Shown here in pieces: positions 37,131 to 48,452 of a stretch of 64,000 bases of DNA. Both the position numbers and the translations under genes were made by a program. The DNA is from an uncultured virus (IMG/VR IMGVR_UViG_3300020395_001275) (Duplodnaviria > Heunggongvirae > Uroviricota > Caudoviricetes). The notes beneath the pieces are model-generated. The model had not been told where the DNA came from. It made no database searches and was given only the letters and a program-made list of their open reading frames with translations. The first letter of the stretch is position 1, and each line of letters opens with the position of its first letter. The stretch lies in IMG/VR virus record IMGVR_UViG_3300020395_001275. One strand, written 5' to 3'.

Positions 37131-38482
37131 TGTTCGGCAACAATAACCAAGCACAAAACGATGCATTTGGTCTGAACGAAGATGATACAATACTTGAATA
37201 CCCAAGAGGTATCTCTACTGTTCCTTATGCGTCATTTTTAAAGATAACAAGATACGAGTATCAAGAAGCACTTGAAAAAGTTGCTGCTAACTCAAACGAT
37301 GCACTTGGTGCGTATGCGAGAAGTGGTGTGATGAAGAATTTAGTGAATGCTACCACTAGCGTAGCATCAACGATATACAATGGTGCAGAATTTAATGCAG
37401 ACTATGATTATAATAGGATGCAGAATGAAATTAATGAGTCAGGAGAGATAACAAGTAAGAAGTGGTGGGATCCACTTAACGTATTCAGTTCTCAAGGTGA
37501 AACAGAAGTACCAGGTGGTGATAAAGAGATAACCCTCCCCAATGGAGAGACTACCACATGGAACGCATTGAGGAATGATAAAAACGAAGTAATGAACGAA
37601 AGACGCAAAGGTCTAGCAGCATCAGATCTATTCGTAGCATTGCCAGAAGAATTTCAATACGGTTACAAGGCTGACTGGGGTAACACCTTTAAGATGGGTA
37701 CTATGGCACTTATGGCAGACAATGCTGCTAAGTTTGCTGCATTAGGTGCACTTGGAGCAGGTGCAGGTGCAGGTTTCACTGCAGCCCTTAGTAATTTGCA
37801 AGACTTGGCTGGTGAAGCAGGTAATATACCTGGCGTAAATGCAGACGAATATGCTGCTAATATGGCTAAAGGTGCACAGATGGCAACCAACCCGTTTGGT
37901 GTGAGCGACTCCTTAAACCCTACTAACATTGCAGGTCTTGGTGGTATGGCACCGAATGAAAATGCTATACAGATGTTCTCTCGTATGGGATTTAGACAAT
38001 TTAGTTTTACTTTCTCCTTTGCTTCACGTAATCCTAAGGAATCACAAGAAATACAAACAATCATTGAATGGTTCAAACGTGGTATGCATCCTGGTTCATC
38101 AAATGGTAAAGGTTCTGCAGTTATGCTTACCTTCCCAGATGTATTTGTATTGGAACCCATGTTCATGCCCGTAGATGAAACAGTTGATAGTACTGGAAAG
38201 AGAAAATTAGAAGTAGCTGAAGAACCAATACAACACCCCATGATGCCAAAGACAAAGATCTGTGCTTTGACAAATTTAACAGTGAACACCACACCGATGA
38301 GTGCAATCAATACTATCTTTGATGGTTCTATTCCTCTTGTTACTGTTGAACTTACATTTGATGAGACAACTGCTCTTACCAGAATGGATATGGAAGGTGC
38401 AAGAACTAGAGTTAATAATGGTGTTGACAAAGGATTTGTTGCATCATCCAACATGGCCAATCACCCAGACATCGGATACTAA
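37130..38482 (+). CDS. gp48: baseplate tail tube cap
   Basis: PN....F..MGFRQF.F.F.F..RN.KES..I..II..FK; CALT.L.VN. Confidence 0.88.
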   Translation: MFGNNNQAQNDAFGLNEDDTILEYPRGISTVPYASFLKITRYEYQEALEKVAANSNDALGAYARSGVMKNLVNATTSVASTIYNGAEFNADYDYNRMQNEINESGEITSKKWWDPLNVFSSQGETEVPGGDKEITLPNGETTTWNALRNDKNEVMNERRKGLAASDLFVALPEEFQYGYKADWGNTFKMGTMALMADNAAKFAALGALGAGAGAGFTAALSNLQDLAGEAGNIPGVNADEYAANMAKGAQMATNPFGVSDSLNPTNIAGLGGMAPNENAIQMFSRMGFRQFSFTFSFASRNPKESQEIQTIIEWFKRGMHPGSSNGKGSAVMLTFPDVFVLEPMFMPVDETVDSTGKRKLEVAEEPIQHPMMPKTKICALTNLTVNTTPMSAINTIFDGSIPLVTVELTFDETTALTRMDMEGARTRVNNGVDKGFVASSNMANHPDIGY

Positions 38483-39096
38483 TGTTAAGACAACTACCTG
38501 ACTTACTATACAACTTCGGTCAATCAGCTCTTGATCCTCAGTTTTTGGTGACTAAAAATATATGGAGACGTGGTGAAATACTCGCTGAGTATAAGTCATC
38601 ACTTGCTATGTTTGATGAGTATATTGTCGCAAATGGTGAGAAACCAGAGGATATTGCTTTTAAATTATATAAGAACCCATTTTATAACTGGGTATTATTG
38701 GTAATAAATGATATCACTAATTACCACGAGCAATGGCCAAAGTCAACTTCACAGTTGCAAGAATATTGTTCTGCTAAGTATGAAAATCCCGAAGCAACTA
38801 AGGATTATGTGACCTATGAAGTTAAGAATGGTACTCAAGTAATTGTACCTGCAGGTAAGATAGTTCCATCAACATTCCAAGTAGTATTTTGGAACGGTAC
38901 CACAACTGTTACTGCTAACCCTGTAGCATCACGTACCTTCTATCAATTTGAAGAAGAAGTAAATGCACAAAAAGAACGAATTCAGTTAGTTAAACCAGAA
39001 TTCGTTGAGGATTTTGTTGAGCAATATTATATAAGACTTAGACGTGGTAATGCTATACAGCTTGGTATTTCTCCTTCAGATATAAGTATGGGGTAG
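38482..39096 (+). CDS. gp53: baseplate wedge protein
   Basis: GEKPE.IA.KLY....Y.WV.L..NDI...WP; YQFEE..N..K..I. Confidence 0.9.
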   Translation: MLRQLPDLLYNFGQSALDPQFLVTKNIWRRGEILAEYKSSLAMFDEYIVANGEKPEDIAFKLYKNPFYNWVLLVINDITNYHEQWPKSTSQLQEYCSAKYENPEATKDYVTYEVKNGTQVIVPAGKIVPSTFQVVFWNGTTTVTANPVASRTFYQFEEEVNAQKERIQLVKPEFVEDFVEQYYIRLRRGNAIQLGISPSDISMG

Positions 39097-40459
39097 GTAA
39101 TTGCTTTATTGCATCTTTCCACTTCTCAACGTCACTAGTATAATCACATACTGGTTCTGTCAATGGGCATATGTTCATCCCTGACGCAATGTAATGAAAT
39201 CCACCTTCGGGGTGTGTATATCTAGACTGTTCATATAACTCACTACTAAAAGCACGCATACCATAATATCCAATACGATCTAAATCATACTCTCTATTGA
39301 TAGCATCTCGCCAATACTGAGTATGATTTCTTTGTGAGAAGGCATAATGTATTGCAATGAAATCTGCAGTTTGATCCATCTCACGTCTAACGTCTGCATT
39401 ATACATCTGTTTCAATAATGTTGATGCAGATCCACGTCTTAATGTCTTAGCAAGTTTAATCAGATTATCATGCACATTAAGGAGACCATTTGATTCTAAT
39501 GGTTCAATAAAACCTGCACTCAAACCAATAGCAACTACGTTATTAACCCATGTGTTCTCATATCTTCCTATCTTCATAGGAACAAATTTCTGTGGTTCTA
39601 TTCCATAATGATTTTTAAATTCTAATGCTGCATCTTCATGACTAACATACTTTGAAGAATATACATATCCAGTTCCCCAATAATCCCATAGAGGTATCTT
39701 CCATGTCCATCCATTATCCATAGCAGTACACTCAGTGTATGCTACCATTTCTTTTTCCTTATTATAGTAAGGTAGTCGTGCTGTTATAGCAGTATCATTA
39801 GGTATGAAATCATAGGGGTGAAACTTTTCTTCTAACCACTCACCTAGTAGTAATGATTTAAAACCAGTACAATCAATGAATAGATCTGCTTCAACCTCTG
39901 TACCATCATCAAGTACAATACTATGAATATTAACCTCATCTGTGGTAACATAGTTCACTACGTTAGCACTAATATGTTTTACTTTCTGACAATATCTGTT
40001 CTTTAGAAACTGACCATATTTAACAGCATCAAAATGATATGCATAATCTGAATTAGGATCAACCTTACCTTCTGCAGCGATCGTGGCAATATGGTTGATA
40101 CTAGTGGCATAATCATTATGATCTAGACCAGTACGTAATGCTTCACTCCACCATGATGATGGATCTTTTGGTGATAAACCAAAGGGGTAAAAAAATGACC
40201 CAGAATTTTTTTCAAGAAAATTGGTAAACATAATGGCATGTTTGATCGTGCCACCTGTCTCCCTGATGAAGTCATCTTCATCTTCTCTTATACCAACGAA
40301 ATCTATCCAACGTTGGAATTGATGTAAAGTACTCTCACCGACACCAGAAATCGGAACGTCTGGACTTTCGACGAGAGTAATATCATAATCTAATTTGCGA
40401 CAAAAAGTGGTGGCAGTCATCCATCCAGATGACCCACCACCAACAATACAGACTTTCAT
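39053..40459 (-). CDS. flavin-dependent halogenase (tryptophan halogenase family)
   Basis: GGGSSG, GVGEST, catalytic K (TIK), AYHFDA, WTWKIP, FIEPLESNG. Confidence 0.9.
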   Translation of the reverse strand: MKVCIVGGGSSGWMTATTFCRKLDYDITLVESPDVPISGVGESTLHQFQRWIDFVGIREDEDDFIRETGGTIKHAIMFTNFLEKNSGSFFYPFGLSPKDPSSWWSEALRTGLDHNDYATSINHIATIAAEGKVDPNSDYAYHFDAVKYGQFLKNRYCQKVKHISANVVNYVTTDEVNIHSIVLDDGTEVEADLFIDCTGFKSLLLGEWLEEKFHPYDFIPNDTAITARLPYYNKEKEMVAYTECTAMDNGWTWKIPLWDYWGTGYVYSSKYVSHEDAALEFKNHYGIEPQKFVPMKIGRYENTWVNNVVAIGLSAGFIEPLESNGLLNVHDNLIKLAKTLRRGSASTLLKQMYNADVRREMDQTADFIAIHYAFSQRNHTQYWRDAINREYDLDRIGYYGMRAFSSELYEQSRYTHPEGGFHYIASGMNICPLTEPVCDYTSDVEKWKDAIKQLPTPYLYLKEKYQAV

Positions 40460-41326
40460 TTAGTCTTCAGATGCTAATTTAGCGAAGTAAGATAAGGTAT
40501 CATCTGAACCTGCTGCTACTGGAGTTTGTACTGCAGTAGGTGTTGCGGGAGATACTTCCTCATCAACTGTTTCTGGATCAGGACGGTAAGTTGACTTAAG
40601 AGTTCTGTCAAGACGTTCCTTGAGTTCCTCGTAAGATTTGAACTGATCATCAGCAGTGAATGCAGAGAGACTATGTTCTTGCTTCCAAATACCCTCAAGT
40701 TCCTTATCGCTAAAGTCTCCAAGTGTTGCTGAAGTATCAAACTCAGACTTATCGTAGTTCCAAAAACCTGCAACTTTAGTGATCTTGAGTTTGAAGTCAG
40801 CACCCTTCCATAGATCGAATGGGTTTACTGGTGTTTCATCCTCAAATGCAGGTTGCATTGATTCCATGATCTTATCAAAGATTTTCTTACCATAACGGTA
40901 TAAGAATACTTTGCCCTCATTCTCAGGGTTTGCACTATCCTTAACAACGTAGATGTTGCTGTAATAGTTTAACTTACGCTTCTGGTTACGTGCTTGTGCT
41001 CTCTGTGGAGAACCTTCACCACCAGAATTCCAGAGTTCCCTGTTCAAGTCAGAAACAGGATCCTTTTTGCCTAAAGTTGTTAAACTGTTCTCAATATACC
41101 ATCCACCTGGTCCTTGGAAGGCATGTGTCCAAACTTGTGCCCATGGAAGGTCTTCTCCATTGGGTGCTGGTAAAAATCTGATTACTGCGTAACCATTACC
41201 TGCTTTGTCTACTTCTGGTTTCCATAGTCTCTCGTCAGGTCCAGACTTAGCCTCAGATTTGTTGAGGTTGTCTGCTTTAGCGAGAAGGTCTTGGAAAGAA
41301 GACTTCTTAAGTGAAGCAAAAGACAT
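40460..41326 (-). CDS. gp32: single-stranded DNA-binding protein
   Basis: DERLWKP..DK.GNGYAVIRFLP, WYIENS.TT, acidic tail LSYFAKLA. Confidence 0.97.
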   Translation of the reverse strand: MSFASLKKSSFQDLLAKADNLNKSEAKSGPDERLWKPEVDKAGNGYAVIRFLPAPNGEDLPWAQVWTHAFQGPGGWYIENSLTTLGKKDPVSDLNRELWNSGGEGSPQRAQARNQKRKLNYYSNIYVVKDSANPENEGKVFLYRYGKKIFDKIMESMQPAFEDETPVNPFDLWKGADFKLKITKVAGFWNYDKSEFDTSATLGDFSDKELEGIWKQEHSLSAFTADDQFKSYEELKERLDRTLKSTYRPDPETVDEEVSPATPTAVQTPVAAGSDDTLSYFAKLASED

Positions 41327-41366
41327 ACGTATTCTCCGTATTAATGTGTACTTGTGTATGAAAAAA

Positions 41367-41531
41367 GGGAGGTTGGATTCCTGTGTACCAACAAAGAACG
41401 GGCATTACTACAGTAGTAAAAACGTCCTTGCCTGAGACCCGATTGGTTGATCGGTTCTACTTTCGTAGCAGCACCACCTGTGTCTCATCACCTTAACCAG
41501 CAGTTGCCAGTAAGTTTATTCAGTCACTCCC
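41367..41531 (-). ncRNA. manA RNA motif
   Basis: GGGAGTGACTGAATAA...GGTGATGAGACACAGGTGGTGCTGC...GGGTCTCAGGC...CCAACCTCCC, recognised as manA-type; closing GGGAG/CTCCC stem, U6 tail, promoter TTGTCA-17-TATAAT. Confidence 0.8.
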
Positions 41532-41550
41532 AAACCACCGTCGTGGCATA

Positions 41551-42739
<1,189 letters not shown>

Positions 42740-42743
<4 letters not shown>

Positions 42744-43360
42744 GTTACTCTGATGTTCAGTACACGTGTGTTATCTCCTATCTTTCCATCAAGGAAATAA
42801 TTAAATGCCAACATGTAACGGTTCTTATTTGTGTTGTTCACATCAGTCTCGTGCATGAGGTGTGAAGGGAAGAGAATTAGATCTCCCTTCCTGACATCAA
42901 ATCCCCATCGGTCGGCATTAAAGATGTTACCTTCCATCGTGAGTGGTTTGACCGTACTTGTACAGTATGTTGACTGTGTATGTGATGCATTGAATACTAA
43001 TCCACCACTACCCTCAGGTACATCAAGATAAAGACCACCACTGTAACATGAGTTACTATGGTAGTGCTTCGGTGAATAGTTACCTGATTTGTGAAGGTTA
43101 ATCCAAGATTGAGAATGTACAATACGACAGTTAGCGAGTTTAAGTAACTCGAAACAGTACATACTCATGTGTTGATCAATTATTGCTTTTATTGCTTGAA
43201 AAGGTTCTGATTCTAATATCCTTGTATCTTTACTTGAATATCCGCTATTATCTGGATATGGTTCGTATGGTATAGTCTTCAGTACTGCATCTACGTCAGG
43301 AACCTCTACTGAGGTTTTATATATGGGAGTAGAAAACAGTGGAATAATTTCATTGCTCAT
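42740..43360 (-). CDS. 2OG-Fe(II) oxygenase (TIGR02466-like)
   Basis: PLFSTP, SWIN, HYH.NS..SG, LFPS.L.H, R..LAFN. Confidence 0.88.
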
Positions 43361-43535
43361 GTTCGTGAGGTATATAATCAGGACATAATAAGGCACCCGC
43401 TAGGGCATTCGCAGATTTATTGTGCTCGCATAGTTTGTTCATCCAAATCCTTTCGTTTAATTCTACCGTCCCATCCGTAGATATCATTCTGCAACAGATA
43501 TCCACTATTCGGTTCCTGTAATTTGTGCTTAACAT
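43350..43535 (-). CDS. conserved cyanophage small protein
   Basis: MLST.YR.R...IC..I....V.L.E.IW..KL...N.SA. Confidence 0.65.
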   Translation of the reverse strand: MLSTNYRNRIVDICCRMISTDGTVELNERIWMNKLCEHNKSANALAGALLCPDYIPHEHEQ

Positions 43536-44049
43536 GTCTAATTGCCTCTGGAAGGATAGCGTATTCGCATCGCTGAATCGCTTTAGTAAGTGATTTAACA
43601 TTGTCATTATGTAAAATAGGTACTTTAGCTTGGATGATGATTTCACCACCATCAAGTTCTTCGTTAACGTAATGAACAGTTGCACCAGTTTCAGTTTCAC
43701 CTGCTTCCATTGCCTGTTCTATTGCATGTAACCCCTTATACTTAGGTAATAAAGAGGGGTGGACATTAATTATTCTACCACGAAATGCTTCTATGAAATC
43801 TTTTGTAACGATTCGCATCCAACCTGCTAATACTATCAGGTCTACATTCCATGCTTGAATAAGTCTGATCATGTTGATCTCGTCAGTCGACTCAATATAA
43901 GAATGAGGTATTCCGAACTTATCGGCACGCTTTGCTGCTCCACACTTCTCTTTGTTATGGATCATCAACACAACTTCGTCATTCTTACACGTTCGCACAA
44001 TGTTCTCGAAATTTGAACCATTTCCAGAACATAGTACTGCTAGTCTCAT
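43417..44049 (-). CDS. purN: phosphoribosylglycinamide formyltransferase
   Basis: SGNGSN, LAGWMRI, NVHPSLLP, G.TVH.V..ELDGG.II. Confidence 0.95.
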   Translation of the reverse strand: MRLAVLCSGNGSNFENIVRTCKNDEVVLMIHNKEKCGAAKRADKFGIPHSYIESTDEINMIRLIQAWNVDLIVLAGWMRIVTKDFIEAFRGRIINVHPSLLPKYKGLHAIEQAMEAGETETGATVHYVNEELDGGEIIIQAKVPILHNDNVKSLTKAIQRCEYAILPEAIRHVKHKLQEPNSGYLLQNDIYGWDGRIKRKDLDEQTMRAQ

Positions 44050-44067
44050 TTGTTTATAAAGTAAACG

Positions 44068-44157
44068 TTAGTAGTTAGGATCATACTTACGGATGATGTA
44101 AAGGGCAAGTGCAACCCCGATGGCGACTGAGCCGCCAATGATGAAAAATAAAGGCAT
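44068..44157 (-). CDS. 29-aa single-TM peptide
   Basis: MPLFFIIGGSVAIGVALALYIIRKYDPNY fills the intergenic gap. Confidence 0.55.
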   Translation of the reverse strand: MPLFFIIGGSVAIGVALALYIIRKYDPNY

Positions 44158-44161
44158 AAAA

Positions 44162-44485
44162 TTATTTAGGTAATTGGTCTATCATTTTGCGTACATTTGT
44201 TTTTAATGTTTCATAAAACTGGGGTCCTATGTCAGAGGGTGGCATACCTAGCATGGTTGCTGCCTGTTTGACTTGCTGAACTAACTGTTTTGCGTCAGGA
44301 TCCTCAGATAATGTAACACGCATGTACATAGTCTGCTGTACATTTATGAGTTCCAACATCTTCTGAAGTTGATCACGTTTCTCATCCACACTGAGTATAA
44401 GTCCCATGCGATTGATTTCCAGATACAGTTCTTGCATCTTTTCGAGTTCTTTCTGAACAATTTCAGATTTGAAGAATTTACTCAT
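44162..44485 (-). CDS. DUF1825 family protein
   Basis: FF.SEIVQ.E...R..LSEDP.A. Confidence 0.8.
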   Translation of the reverse strand: MSKFFKSEIVQKELEKMQELYLEINRMGLILSVDEKRDQLQKMLELINVQQTMYMRVTLSEDPDAKQLVQQVKQAATMLGMPPSDIGPQFYETLKTNVRKMIDQLPK

Positions 44486-45066
44486 AAGTACTGTGCTTTT
44501 ACTATTTGCTTATATTTACCCAGATCAACTGTAAGAAATGGGTCGTATTTCACTACCCTAGTCTTTAAAGGCTTCCAGACTATCTCCTCCTTGATTTGTT
44601 TATCAAATTGTGGGATGAACTGGAAGATCTTATTGAATATGGTAAGTGTCTCCAAACATATTCTACCACCTAAATGTGCTTTTAGCAAGGGTGGATGTAC
44701 TGATGTAACTTTGAATAGATCATCGAACCTATTACACATCTCATGGAGAGTTGCTACATCCTCCTTGAAGTGATAACTCAGAGACTGTTTGCGTTTGTTG
44801 TACTCAGCATAATTCTTGGCACCCTCTCTGACTAGGGTTGCAGGATATACCTTATCCTCTGCGATTAAATTAGAGACAAAAAATTCGCGTAGCTCGAAGT
44901 CCTTGAACTTCCTTGAGAGTTTGACAAAAAAGAACTTATCTTTTCTTTGGTCAAAAGAAACCTGTGATGCTTTAGCATTTCCACCATATTGAAAATAGTC
45001 ATAGGTATTGGAGGTAAAATGAAGTTTCAGAGCGAGATACATCTTGTATACTTCAAATCCTGTCAT
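44482..45066 (-). CDS. gp59: helicase loader
   Basis: Y..YLALK.HF....YDY..Y.G, F..RKD.FFF.KL, I.LETL. Confidence 0.92.
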   Translation of the reverse strand: MTGFEVYKMYLALKLHFTSNTYDYFQYGGNAKASQVSFDQRKDKFFFVKLSRKFKDFELREFFVSNLIAEDKVYPATLVREGAKNYAEYNKRKQSLSYHFKEDVATLHEMCNRFDDLFKVTSVHPPLLKAHLGGRICLETLTIFNKIFQFIPQFDKQIKEEIVWKPLKTRVVKYDPFLTVDLGKYKQIVKAQYL

Positions 45067-45656
45067 GTCTTCAAATGAATATTACCTGCTATGCTAACCC
45101 TCTGCTCCTTACAATTATAAAAAGGATACACTTGGTGCTTTAACTTACTAGGAAATAATACCATAGTTCCTTCCATTTGTCCACTCATATAATAAGTGAA
45201 CGATTCCATGTCTCCTAGAATGTTAATGTACTGAAACTCAAAATTAGATACAGCACTGTCATTAAACATATATTCTCTCTGTACTGCATAATTTGTAGGG
45301 ATCTTCATCCAGATAACAAAACTGTACACACCATTGTGGTTGTGTATAGGATTGAATTCGGTCTCTCTTTGATAGTTCACCCACCACTGTGACAGTACAT
45401 AAGGATGTCCAGATGTGGTAGGAATTTTCTCTCCAAGATTACTAAACTTTGTCTGATACTCAACGATCATTGGTGCTACGGTTGTTTCGTAGAAATAATC
45501 AGCACCACCCAGTTCGTAACTATTTTCTATATGTCCAACAAGTGCAGACTTATATTCATTACCTTTATCATCAATACACTTCCAAAGGTAATCCATTTTA
45601 TCTTTACTTAACTGCTGTTCAATAATCCCTAAATTAGGAAATTGAATAGCATTCAT
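45063..45656 (-). CDS. 2OG-Fe(II) oxygenase
   Basis: WVN.Q...EFNP.H.H.G.YSFV, FPS.L.H.VYPF, R.S.AGN. Confidence 0.88.
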   Translation of the reverse strand: MNAIQFPNLGIIEQQLSKDKMDYLWKCIDDKGNEYKSALVGHIENSYELGGADYFYETTVAPMIVEYQTKFSNLGEKIPTTSGHPYVLSQWWVNYQRETEFNPIHNHNGVYSFVIWMKIPTNYAVQREYMFNDSAVSNFEFQYINILGDMESFTYYMSGQMEGTMVLFPSKLKHQVYPFYNCKEQRVSIAGNIHLKT

Positions 45657-45910
45657 AATTTAAGTAACCCTCTTGAAGTTCTCTTCATGAAGTTGAGACG
45701 TTGTGCCTCATATTTTAATTTCTCTTTTAATGGTTTGGAGATCAGTTTATTAACTCCATCCAGTTCTATATTCTTGTCTTCGCAAAACTGTACTACAGCT
45801 TCGATATAATTGAGATTACTATCTTTGACTATCTTTTCTATTTCTACTGAAAACTTTGCAGCAGTCATAAAATTCTCTTCAAAGACTTCATCTATCTTAC
45901 CACTCGCCAT
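45653..45910 (-). CDS. gp33: late promoter transcription co-activator
   Basis: KFS.EIE.IV...YIEA...CE...IE....LIS.PLKEKL..EA..LNF. Confidence 0.9.
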   Translation of the reverse strand: MASGKIDEVFEENFMTAAKFSVEIEKIVKDSNLNYIEAVVQFCEDKNIELDGVNKLISKPLKEKLKYEAQRLNFMKRTSRGLLKL

Positions 45911-46565
45911 ATGCTTCTCGGTAGGCATCAATGTATCCTTTAAGTTTGCGAGCATACTTAAACTTGTCATAAATTTCAAATAATTGGGGTTCACCTGTTT
46001 CGCAGGCAATAATGGTTACAAGCTTTTTGACCATAAGACCAGTTAGCTCTTGAAACATTATAGCATATGCTGTCTCTTGTGCAAAGTAGTCGTGTATCCA
46101 CTCTTCACGTTTTGTCTTAGTTGATGTTTTGAAATCTATTATTGCAAGTTCTCCTTTATACTCAGCAATACAATCCACTCGACCTGCTAACTTCAACACC
46201 TTACTAGAAAGAGGTGCTTCGAGAGCATGTATATTGTTAATACTATCTAGGTGGGGTTTAATCTGGTAAAATAACCCCATGGATAGTGGGTCGTCTTTAT
46301 ACTTACTAATATCTTCGTTTTTTAAGTATATCTCTGCAAGTTTGTGGCACTTATTACCACGTGTTGTTGCACGTTTAGTTATCTTATTTGCTTCTTCCTC
46401 ACCAACTCTATTTCTCCACTCCATGATAGATTTCTTTTTAGAATGTCCTATCACAGTTGTCACAGAAGGGTAGAAAGTATCCTCAACCTGATACCTCCTA
46501 CCCTGTTTAGTTGTTGTTGCTTTTAACTCTGGAAAGTTATGTATATTTAAGTGTTTAAAGTCCAA
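45897..46565 (-). CDS. PD-(D/E)XK exonuclease
   Basis: YPSVTTV, RG...H, AGRVDCI..Y.G..AIIDFKT, Q..AY. Confidence 0.9.
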   Translation of the reverse strand: MDFKHLNIHNFPELKATTTKQGRRYQVEDTFYPSVTTVIGHSKKKSIMEWRNRVGEEEANKITKRATTRGNKCHKLAEIYLKNEDISKYKDDPLSMGLFYQIKPHLDSINNIHALEAPLSSKVLKLAGRVDCIAEYKGELAIIDFKTSTKTKREEWIHDYFAQETAYAIMFQELTGLMVKKLVTIIACETGEPQLFEIYDKFKYARKLKGYIDAYREAYGEW

Positions 46566-47301
46566 GGTTCATCTTACTAATCAAATATGATTTGACTAGA
46601 CCAGATCTAACGATGTCATCAATTCCAAATTCGATACCCTCGAATTCATCCATGTCATCAATAATCTTTTTAAAGTCCATGATACCAGTTTTTTCATGGG
46701 CTTTTGTCAAGTCAGTTTGTGCAGCGTCACCTGCAAATACAATCTTACTATTAACTCCTAAACGTGTAATGATGGAGTCTAGTTCGTGGAAGTTTAAGTT
46801 CTCTGATTCATCCACTAAGACTATACTATTATCTATGGTAGTTCCACGAATGAAACTCGTAGACCAGAATGATATTGTGTCCTGTGCTTTAAGGTTAGCA
46901 TAGAGCATTTCAAATGATGGGTCATCAGGCATCTCGAACATGAACCTAACCATGTTCTTGTATGGTATCTGATAAAGGTTTGCTTTATCCTCATGGTCGC
47001 CTGGTAGGAAACCAATCTCTCTCGTTGGTACTAACGATCTGACGATATACAACTTATCATAAGGTGTTTTCTCGTCTAGTATATCACGAAGTGCCAGATA
47101 TATGGTAATGAATGATTTACCAGTACCAGCACATCCAAATAGGAATAAGTTTTTAGCTTTATCCCATGCATCAAACACTTTCTGTTGTGAATCAGTAAGA
47201 GGTTTGATGTCTAATAGATGTTCTGTTCCGATAGGTTTTCGTCTCATCTGTCTGGAGGATAAGTTAGCCAACGTTGGCTGTTTTTTGCTCTTTACGGGCA
47301 T
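46555..47301 (-). CDS. phoH: PhoH family ATPase
   Basis: G.AGTGKS, IGFLPG, FIRG.T, VDE.EN, GD..Q.DL, DIVRS. Confidence 0.95.
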   Translation of the reverse strand: MPVKSKKQPTLANLSSRQMRRKPIGTEHLLDIKPLTDSQQKVFDAWDKAKNLFLFGCAGTGKSFITIYLALRDILDEKTPYDKLYIVRSLVPTREIGFLPGDHEDKANLYQIPYKNMVRFMFEMPDDPSFEMLYANLKAQDTISFWSTSFIRGTTIDNSIVLVDESENLNFHELDSIITRLGVNSKIVFAGDAAQTDLTKAHEKTGIMDFKKIIDDMDEFEGIEFGIDDIVRSGLVKSYLISKMNLGL

Positions 47302-47302
47302 A

Positions 47303-47542
47303 CTAGAGTTTGTCGAATTTAGCGTAAGGGTGATGCTTCTTCACGTTGTTCAAGCGATCCTTGAACCCCTGAGGAAGTTTATTCTGATAGTCACCTACCT
47401 CTGATACAGCAGATGCTACACCTGCTTGCCAGTTTTTCTCCCATTCGGGATTGGCAGTCCTCCACTCCTCATATTGAGAAATGGTCATAGTGAGTTCCCT
47501 TTCCTCACCTGTATCATAATTTTTAACTGAATACATTGGCAT
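47303..47542 (-). CDS. conserved T4-like cyanophage small protein
   Basis: MP.Y.VKN..TGE...M....Y..W...NP. Confidence 0.75.
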   Translation of the reverse strand: MPMYSVKNYDTGEERELTMTISQYEEWRTANPEWEKNWQAGVASAVSEVGDYQNKLPQGFKDRLNNVKKHHPYAKFDKL

Positions 47543-48183
47543 TACATATACTCCCAATTCAATGCTTTACTACAGATAGGAAATTCTTTTTTGAATATAC
47601 CACGTACCTCTTTCACGATGTCCATGTGTTCTTTTTGAGTCCCGTGTGCACTTCTTAACTCTATATAGTGGATCCATGACCGAACACTACCTGTCATGTA
47701 TAAACGGGTGGGTGTTGCTAACGGGAGAACAAATCTCGAACACTCCTTTGCCACTCCCTCTTCAATGAGTTCATTATAAAGAGACATCGCTTCTTTAAAG
47801 TGATGAGCGATCTTACTTTGGAGGATGACCTTCTTCTCATAATCTATGTTATCAATACTGTTTTGTCTATTCTTATGATCTTGACTTCTTAAATCAGGTA
47901 TAGGGATCTCTTCTGCTAACAGATTAGTGTCAGCATATCTTTGACTAAACTCTTGAAATGTAAAACTACGATGTCGTAGTATTTGAGCACCAAGACCTCT
48001 AGTGGTCTCGATCTCTAATGTCATATGTGCTTGCTCAAAGACCGACCAATGACCGTGCTTTATGCAATATGCCAACAAACCATCCACGGTTGGATTGTTT
48101 TGGTTCTTTGGATTGCTCACTCTCGCCACGTACCCCATCGTTTTTTCTGCGTTTGGAGTCACGCTTATCAGTTTTACGTTCAT
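47542..48183 (-). CDS. thyX: FAD-dependent thymidylate synthase
   Basis: GHWS.FE and RHRSFTFQEFSQRY signature. Confidence 0.95.
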   Translation of the reverse strand: MNVKLISVTPNAEKTMGYVARVSNPKNQNNPTVDGLLAYCIKHGHWSVFEQAHMTLEIETTRGLGAQILRHRSFTFQEFSQRYADTNLLAEEIPIPDLRSQDHKNRQNSIDNIDYEKKVILQSKIAHHFKEAMSLYNELIEEGVAKECSRFVLPLATPTRLYMTGSVRSWIHYIELRSAHGTQKEHMDIVKEVRGIFKKEFPICSKALNWEYM

Positions 48184-48289
48184 GTTGTTTTTTAATCATT
48201 TTTGCATACCATGCTTCTTGCTTGGTATACCACTCAGGATGTTGCTTTGCTCTTTTTATTAATTTTTTTGCTGCTTTTTTGTCTTTCAT
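48035..48289 (-). CDS. basic hypothetical protein (overlaps thyX 5' end)
   Basis: KKAAKK.IK.AK.HPEWY...E..YAK motif. Confidence 0.55.
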   Translation of the reverse strand: MKDKKAAKKLIKRAKQHPEWYTKQEAWYAKMIKKQHERKTDKRDSKRRKNDGVRGESEQSKEPKQSNRGWFVGILHKARSLVGL

Positions 48290-48452
48290 GGTGGGTCTTA
48301 AATCCTATCCACTCGTTAATAACGAAGGTAGCCCTAATTGGATATTGATTCCAAAAGAGCAAAAATGAACGCATCGTCTGAGTTTCCCCAGTGCGTTCGC
48401 TCTCTTTTAAAAGATCCAATAGTTCTATATCACTATTTATTTGTGTGATCAT
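48234..48452 (-). CDS. hypothetical protein
   Basis: ORF track; start uncertain. Confidence 0.4.
   Translation of the reverse strand: MITQINSDIELLDLLKESERTGETQTMRSFLLFWNQYPIRATFVINEWIGFKTHHERQKSSKKINKKSKATS

Noticed and set aside
37663..38460. 265-aa antisense ORF (also 31724..32389, 20503..21039, 17986..18438 and similar)
   Set aside because: Mirror-frame shadows of well-supported structural genes, with no motifs or promoters.
45897..46565. Cas4-like nuclease suggesting a CRISPR system
   Set aside because: Standard T4-like cyanophage exonuclease between phoH and gp33; no repeat-spacer array or other cas genes seen.
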